Source: Myxococcota bacterium
GTDB lineage: Bacteria; Myxococcota; Kuafuiibacteriia; Kuafuiibacteriales; Kuafuiibacteriaceae
Length of the DNA: 64,000 bases
Assembly: GCA_036788295.1 (NCBI GenBank)
Contig: DAIQNR010000005.1
Location: 7,402-71,401, forward strand
Direction of reading: 5' to 3'
Positions 58,977 through 64,000 of this stretch are shown in pieces; position 1 is the stretch's first letter; every line of letters starts with the position of its first letter. The position numbers and the translations under genes were made by a program. A model generated the notes under the pieces. The model saw only the letters and a program-made list of their open reading frames with translations. It had not been told where the DNA came from and did not search any database.

Positions 58977-60086
58977 ATGCCGGGGGCGGAGCGCCCAAGC
59001 TGGACCCGATTCGGCCGAAGCCTCCGAACCGTGGGCAACGGCGAAATCTCGGCCACGCATCGGTTTCTGCTCGGGTCGCACCCCGTGGGCGCGGATGCCC
59101 CCCCGCTGCTCATCGCCGAGGTGGGGCAGGCCCACGATGGGAGCCTCGGCGCCGCCCACGCCTACATCGACGCCATCGCCGACGCCGGGGCCCATGCGGT
59201 GAAGTTTCAAACCCACCTCGCCGCCGCGGAATCCACCCCAGCCGAGCCGTGGCGGGTGATGTTCAGCAGGCAGGACAGGACCCGCTACGACTATTGGCGG
59301 CGCATGGAGTTTTCCTCCGAAGCGTGGGGGGGCCTCAAGGATCACGCGGTGGAACGGGGCCTCGTCTTTCTGTCCTCGCCGTTCAGCGAGGCGGCGGTGG
59401 AGCTGCTCGAACGGCTCGACGTCCCTGCGTACAAGATTGGGTCCGGAGAGGTGACGAACGTCCCGCTGCTCGAGCGGGTGCGGGCCACCGGACGCCCGGT
59501 GCTCCTTTCGAGCGGGCTGTCCACCTGGGCGGAGCTCGACGCCGCGTTCGCTGTATTCCCCGGCCCAAAGGCGGTTCTTCAGTGCACGAGCCGCTACCCT
59601 TGCCCCCCCGAGGCGGTCGGCCTCGGCTCGTTGGCTGCGCTTCGTGACCGCTACCGGTGCCCGGTGGGGCTCTCGGATCACTCGGCCACGGTGCACGCCG
59701 GGGTCGCGGCGGTGGCGCTCGGCGCGGCGCTCGTGGAGGTCCACGTCGTGTTCGACCGGCGCTGCTTCGGTCCGGACACCGCCTCGTCGGTCACCGTGGA
59801 CGAGCTCGCCGAGCTCGGCCGAGGGATGCGTTTCGTGCACGCCGCGAGGGGAGCGCGCGACAAGGACGAGAGCGCCGCGTCGCTCGAGGACATGAAGCGG
59901 CGGTTCGAAAAGAGCGTCGTCCTCGAGCGGGACCGACCGGCCGGGCACCGGCTCGGACGGGAGGATCTCGGGTTCAAGAAGCCCGGCACCGGGATCCCAG
60001 CTCGCCGCTACCCGGAGCTCATCGGGCGGCGGCTCGCCCGGGCGGTGGGCGCCGACGTCCCGCTCACCGAGGAGGATCTCGCGTGA
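58977..60086 (+). CDS. N-acetylneuraminate/pseudaminate/legionaminate synthase family protein (NeuB/PseI-like, with C-terminal SAF domain)
   Basis: …LLIAEVGQAHDGSLGAAHAYIDAIADAGAHAVKFQTH… TIM-barrel NeuB signature; the start may lie slightly downstream of ATG 58977. Confidence 0.8.
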   Translation: MPGAERPSWTRFGRSLRTVGNGEISATHRFLLGSHPVGADAPPLLIAEVGQAHDGSLGAAHAYIDAIADAGAHAVKFQTHLAAAESTPAEPWRVMFSRQDRTRYDYWRRMEFSSEAWGGLKDHAVERGLVFLSSPFSEAAVELLERLDVPAYKIGSGEVTNVPLLERVRATGRPVLLSSGLSTWAELDAAFAVFPGPKAVLQCTSRYPCPPEAVGLGSLAALRDRYRCPVGLSDHSATVHAGVAAVALGAALVEVHVVFDRRCFGPDTASSVTVDELAELGRGMRFVHAARGARDKDESAASLEDMKRRFEKSVVLERDRPAGHRLGREDLGFKKPGTGIPARRYPELIGRRLARAVGADVPLTEEDLA

Positions 60087-61261
60087 GCGCCCGCAGGGTA
60101 GCCGTCGTCCTCGTGGACCGGGCCAATTACGGGCGGCTCGAGCCGGTGATGCGGGCGCTCGACGATCGGCCGGACATCGAACTGCTGACCGTGGTGGGCG
60201 GAACGATGGTGCTCGAGCGGTTCGGCCGGCCGCTCGAGGTGGTCCGGCAAGCTGGCTTTCGCATCGACGCGGAGGTCTTTCAGGAGCTCGAGGGCTCGAC
60301 CCCGGCGACGATGGCAAAGTCGGTGGGGATCGGGATCACCGAGTACGCCCACGTCTTTCACCGCCTCGAGCCCGACCTCGTGCTGATCATCGGCGACCGC
60401 TACGAAGCGTTCGCCGCTGCGGTGGCCGCGGCGTACATGAACCTGTGCATCGTCCACGTCCAGGGCGGGGAGGTCTCCGGATCGATCGACGAGAGCGCCC
60501 GGCACGCGATGACGAAGCTCGCCCACTACCATGTGCCCGCGACGGAGCGGGCGGCCGAATACTTGGTGCGGATGGGCGAGCATCCCGACACCATCCTCAC
60601 GGTGGGGTGCCCATCGTCGGACCTCGCCCGGACCCTCGACCGCCGGCTCGACCCCGGCGTCGTCAACGGCGCCGGCGCCGGGGCCACGATCGACGTGCAA
60701 CGCCCGTTTCTGCTCGCCGTCTTCCATCCCACGACCACCGAGTACGGCTTTCAGCGGGAGCAGGTGGCCGACTTTCTCGAGGCGCTCGCCGCCGTCCACG
60801 AACCCACCGTCCTCTTGTGGCCGAACATCGACGCGGGAGCCGACCGGATTGGAAAGCAGATTCGCCTGTTTCGGTCCCGCTTCGCCGCGAAACCCTTCCT
60901 GCGGACGCTCACGAACCTCGATCCCTCGGACTACCTACGGGTGCTGGGAAAGGCCGCTTGCGCGGTGGGCAACTCGAGCAGCTTCGTGCGGGACGCCGGC
61001 TACTTCGGGACTCCGGTGGTGCTCGTCGGCCGGCGCCAAGGGGGTCGGGAGTTCGACCGCCATGTCCTCCCGGTGGACGGCGGCCGGGCCGAGATCGCCC
61101 AAGCGATCCGGGCCCAGCTCGGCTGCCGCTTCCCGCCGAGCCAGCTCTACGGGGACGGCCACGTCGCCCCCCGGGTCGCCGAGCGGGTGGCGGCGGTGCC
61201 CCTCTACGCCCAAAAACGCCTCGCGTACGTCGCCGAAGTCAGCCACCGGGCCGCCGGCTGA
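60083..61261 (+). CDS. UDP-N-acetylglucosamine 2-epimerase (hydrolysing, NeuC-like)
   Basis: GTG overlaps the NeuB stop; …IGDRYEAFAAAVAAAYMNLCIVHVQGGEVSGSIDESARHAMTKLAHYH… epimerase core. Confidence 0.75.
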   Translation: MSARRVAVVLVDRANYGRLEPVMRALDDRPDIELLTVVGGTMVLERFGRPLEVVRQAGFRIDAEVFQELEGSTPATMAKSVGIGITEYAHVFHRLEPDLVLIIGDRYEAFAAAVAAAYMNLCIVHVQGGEVSGSIDESARHAMTKLAHYHVPATERAAEYLVRMGEHPDTILTVGCPSSDLARTLDRRLDPGVVNGAGAGATIDVQRPFLLAVFHPTTTEYGFQREQVADFLEALAAVHEPTVLLWPNIDAGADRIGKQIRLFRSRFAAKPFLRTLTNLDPSDYLRVLGKAACAVGNSSSFVRDAGYFGTPVVLVGRRQGGREFDRHVLPVDGGRAEIAQAIRAQLGCRFPPSQLYGDGHVAPRVAERVAAVPLYAQKRLAYVAEVSHRAAG

Positions 61262-61307
61262 GCCCGGCGGCTTCATCGAGGCCGTCCGGCGGCGACATCT
61301 CGGAGAA

Positions 61308-63218
61308 TCAGGTGCGGGCCCGGGCGGTGGCCTTTCTCTTCTTGGCCCGAAAACGGGGCCCGGAGCGGGGCTCGTCGAGGGCGAGGATCGCGTCCGCCCG
61401 GCTCGTGATCTCCTGCAGGAGGCTGAACCATTGGCCGGCCTGCTCCACCAGGAAGCGGCCCAGCTCGGCCGGGGTCTCGGCCGCCGCCTCGGCCCCGAAG
61501 CGCTCCATCTCCATGGTCACGAACAAGGATTGAAAGATCGGGAGGAGAAAGCACCGAAAGGCTACGGGGTCCCGGTTGAGCAGCGTCTCCTTCAGCCCGG
61601 CGAGCGTCTTGTAGGGATCTTCGGCGGCGAGCTTGCCCAGGTCGATGTCGGTCGCGACCGGGGGGCGAAAACGTTCGGCGGCCTGGGTGATGTAGCGGAC
61701 GCCGAGCTCGGTGACCTCGGCGATGGCCCGCACCCCCCGGCGGGTGTTCACCACCCGCCGATGGAGCCGCGCCGCCCTGGCTTCGGGCCCTGGGGGTGGC
61801 ACGAAGAGACCGAGGATCTCGGCCCTCGGGTCCGCTCCTCGGGGGAGCTCGGCGAGCGCCGCCTCGAGGTCTACCACCCTCGTTCCTCGGATGTGCGCCC
61901 CCCGGGCGGTCGCGTTCCACACGCGGTTCGGGAGCGCGGCCACGTCGAGCTCGAAGTAGCGGAGGAACTTCTCCCAGACCGGGGAGCTCTCGACCTGGCC
62001 GCCGCGGGAACCGGGCAGGTGGATGCGCTCGAGGTCATGGTAGAATTGCTGGGCCGAGCCGTTCAGGGAGCCGGGGGCGTGGGTTTGGCCCCCTTCGGCG
62101 AAGCACAGGTCCTGCCCGACGAGCACGATCGGGTCGCAGCCGAGCAGCGCCGCTACCCGGTAGGCGAGGTTTCCGGCCGAACCGTTGAAGTCGAACGGCG
62201 GACCATCGATGCCGAGCCACTCGTGCCAATCGCCGGGCCGGTACAAGAGCGCGGTCGGGCCCCGATGGACCTCGAACACCGCCGGCGGCAGCACCGGGAA
62301 GCCCACCAGGGCGAAGGCGTCGGCGTCGCCGGACAAGACCGGGGGGAGGGATTCGAAATGCCTCGTCGTGCCGACGACCCGCTCCCGGGAGGTGGCGACG
62401 TGGGGCCGGATCCCCGCCTCCCGGAGGATCCGGATCGATGTGTCGGGGCAGAAGATCGGAAACTCGTCCTGCACTTTGGCGAGCAGCGGCAAGTGGGCGG
62501 CGAGGCTCGGTCCGGCCGAGGCCACGATCGCCGGACGGCCAGCGAGGCGACCGGCGGCGTCGGCGGCGTTCGGAGCCCGGGCGATGACGCCGAGGTTCCT
62601 GACGATGTTCTCGACCCCCATCAGCGCGTCGTTCGCGCAGTTTCCGTACATGCCGAGCGCGGCCACGAGCATCTCGCGGACCCGGCGGACCGCGCCGAGC
62701 ACGTAGCCTGCGTCTTGGGCGAGCGCCCCGGCGCTCACCACGAAATGCGCGCTCTTCGCGAAGGAGAGGTAGCGCTGGTGAAGAAACCGGGCGTGGAGGG
62801 TCCCTCCGAGCTGCTCGACGCTCTGTCCGACCACCAGGTCCACGGTCTCGTCGGACAGCGCCGCCGACAGGTCGCACGCCCGGACCGCCCACCGCAGCAC
62901 CTCCGGGTCCTGCTCGATCACCATCATCTGGCCCTGGCGCCGGCGTCCGTGGACGAACAGGAGCTCGTGGCCGAGCCCGAGCCCGAACTGCAGCAGCAAG
63001 CGGCGGCGAGAGACGGCGGGGACATCGAGCGGCGCGAGCGCGGACTCGACGTCGGGCGCGTACCAGGGCTCGGAGCCGCCCCGCGCCCTCAGGTTCGGGC
63101 GCGCAGCCCCGTCCTCGAACAGCTCGAAGCGCTCCGACGGCGGCGCTTCGGCGAGCGCGGCCAGCTCGGGCCAGCGGGCGGCGAGCGCAGCCAGGTTCTT
63201 CTCGAGGTGGGATCCCAT
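61308..63218 (-). CDS. motility accessory factor (Maf/DUF115; putative flagellin nonulosonic-acid glycosyltransferase); start at MGSHLEKNLAALAARWPEL
   Basis: Maf-like N-terminus (…LEKNL.AL….PEL…) and central MptE-like/DUF115 region. Sits next to flagellin and the nonulosonate synthase genes. Confidence 0.65.
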   Translation of the reverse strand: MGSHLEKNLAALAARWPELAALAEAPPSERFELFEDGAARPNLRARGGSEPWYAPDVESALAPLDVPAVSRRRLLLQFGLGLGHELLFVHGRRRQGQMMVIEQDPEVLRWAVRACDLSAALSDETVDLVVGQSVEQLGGTLHARFLHQRYLSFAKSAHFVVSAGALAQDAGYVLGAVRRVREMLVAALGMYGNCANDALMGVENIVRNLGVIARAPNAADAAGRLAGRPAIVASAGPSLAAHLPLLAKVQDEFPIFCPDTSIRILREAGIRPHVATSRERVVGTTRHFESLPPVLSGDADAFALVGFPVLPPAVFEVHRGPTALLYRPGDWHEWLGIDGPPFDFNGSAGNLAYRVAALLGCDPIVLVGQDLCFAEGGQTHAPGSLNGSAQQFYHDLERIHLPGSRGGQVESSPVWEKFLRYFELDVAALPNRVWNATARGAHIRGTRVVDLEAALAELPRGADPRAEILGLFVPPPGPEARAARLHRRVVNTRRGVRAIAEVTELGVRYITQAAERFRPPVATDIDLGKLAAEDPYKTLAGLKETLLNRDPVAFRCFLLPIFQSLFVTMEMERFGAEAAAETPAELGRFLVEQAGQWFSLLQEITSRADAILALDEPRSGPRFRAKKRKATARART

Positions 63219-63395
63219 GGTGGGGGATTCGGGCGCCCCGGCCGGCGGCGAAGAGGACCGGCCGACAACGGGCGGCCCCGAGGCGAGGGCCGCACACTTC
63301 GCCGCGAGCTCGGAGGGGGGCCGCAGCGCCTTCGCCATCCCCAACCGTTGGCGCCCGGCCCGCCGGCCGACATGGAGGGCGGGCTCGATCGTCCG

Positions 63396-64000
63396 ATGCG
63401 CTTGGGGAGCACCATGCGCGCCGAAGAGAACCGAGCCTTCGATACCAGCTGGAGGACCCGCGAAGAGGCGGGCTACGGCCACTTCACGCGGGGCGCGCCG
63501 AACAACCAGGTGCAGCTCGCGTTTCGGCGGCACTGGCTGGTCCTTCAGAACCTGATGGCCAATCCCCGGTTCGCGCAGGGTCGGCGGGTGCTCGAGGTCG
63601 GGTGCGGGCGGGGCAGCCTGTCTTGCTATTTCGCCGACGCCGGCTTCGATTGCACCCTGCTCGACCTGTCGCCGGCGGTGCTCGAGGTGGCGCGCTCGCT
63701 GTTTTCGCGGCACCAGCTCGAGGCCCGCTTCGTCGCCGGGGACGCCGAGGCCCTGCCGTTTGGGGACGAGAGCTTCGATCTCGTGTTCTCGATCGGTCTT
63801 CTCGAGCACTTCTCGGATCCGAGGCAGGCGGTCGAGGAGCAGCTGCGGGTGCTCGCCCCCGGCGGCCTCTTCTTCGGCTACGTCGTGCCCGACTACCACG
63901 GCTTGAACGTGCAGGGCGCCTACGCGTGGGTGAACGAGCTGCTCACCGGCTACGCCGCCGCGCCCTCCGAGAAGCAGGAGCTGTACCGCCGGGATGCGGG
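63396..64000 (+). CDS. class I SAM-dependent methyltransferase, partial (runs off the window end)
   Basis: VLEVGCGRGSLSCYFADAGFDCTLLDLSP…FDLVFSIGLLEHF… Not in the ORF track because there is no stop in the window. Confidence 0.6.
   Translation, partial: MRLGSTMRAEENRAFDTSWRTREEAGYGHFTRGAPNNQVQLAFRRHWLVLQNLMANPRFAQGRRVLEVGCGRGSLSCYFADAGFDCTLLDLSPAVLEVARSLFSRHQLEARFVAGDAEALPFGDESFDLVFSIGLLEHFSDPRQAVEEQLRVLAPGGLFFGYVVPDYHGLNVQGAYAWVNELLTGYAAAPSEKQELYRRDA

Overview
This is a 64-kb window of about 70% GC bacterial chromosome. Many of the long ORFs in the track are antisense or out-of-frame artefacts, as expected at this GC; real genes were picked by recognisable protein families and by tight stop/start coupling. 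A Myxococcota-like (possibly Anaeromyxobacter-like) origin is hinted at by a MYXO-CTERM-like tail and a CarH/LitR-type regulator, but that is inference. In order the window holds: (1) a minus-strand carotenoid operon, lycopene cyclase then crtE-crtI-crtB, an alpha/beta-hydrolase and a partial CarH/LitR-type B12-MerR photoregulator, with a CarH-like 11-bp direct-repeat operator upstream of crtE; (2) a co-directional plus-strand array of crtC, a GT2 glycosyltransferase, a crtD-like desaturase, a hypothetical protein, an EF-G2 paralog, a RecA/KaiC-like ATPase fused to a DprA-like SLOG domain, and a four-gene operon encoding what looks like a complete tocochromanol (vitamin E type) pathway: a gamma-TMT-like methyltransferase, tocopherol cyclase, a second gamma-TMT-like methyltransferase and homogentisate prenyltransferase; (3) a degenerate P1B-ATPase homolog, several lipoproteins, a matrixin-like metalloprotease, rlpA, and a lipoprotein module bracketed by two LPP20-like paralogs; (4) the full str-S10-spc-alpha ribosomal supraoperon on the minus strand, from rpsL to rplQ, conspicuously lacking rplC, rpsN/Z and rpsD; (5) an orphan nuoM-nuoN pair, an AhpD-like plus ArsS-like radical SAM pair, an FHA-FHA sigma54 activator, and a flagellin glycosylation locus (fliC, NeuB-like, NeuC-like, Maf, methyltransferase). 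No rRNA, tRNA or CRISPR array was recognised.
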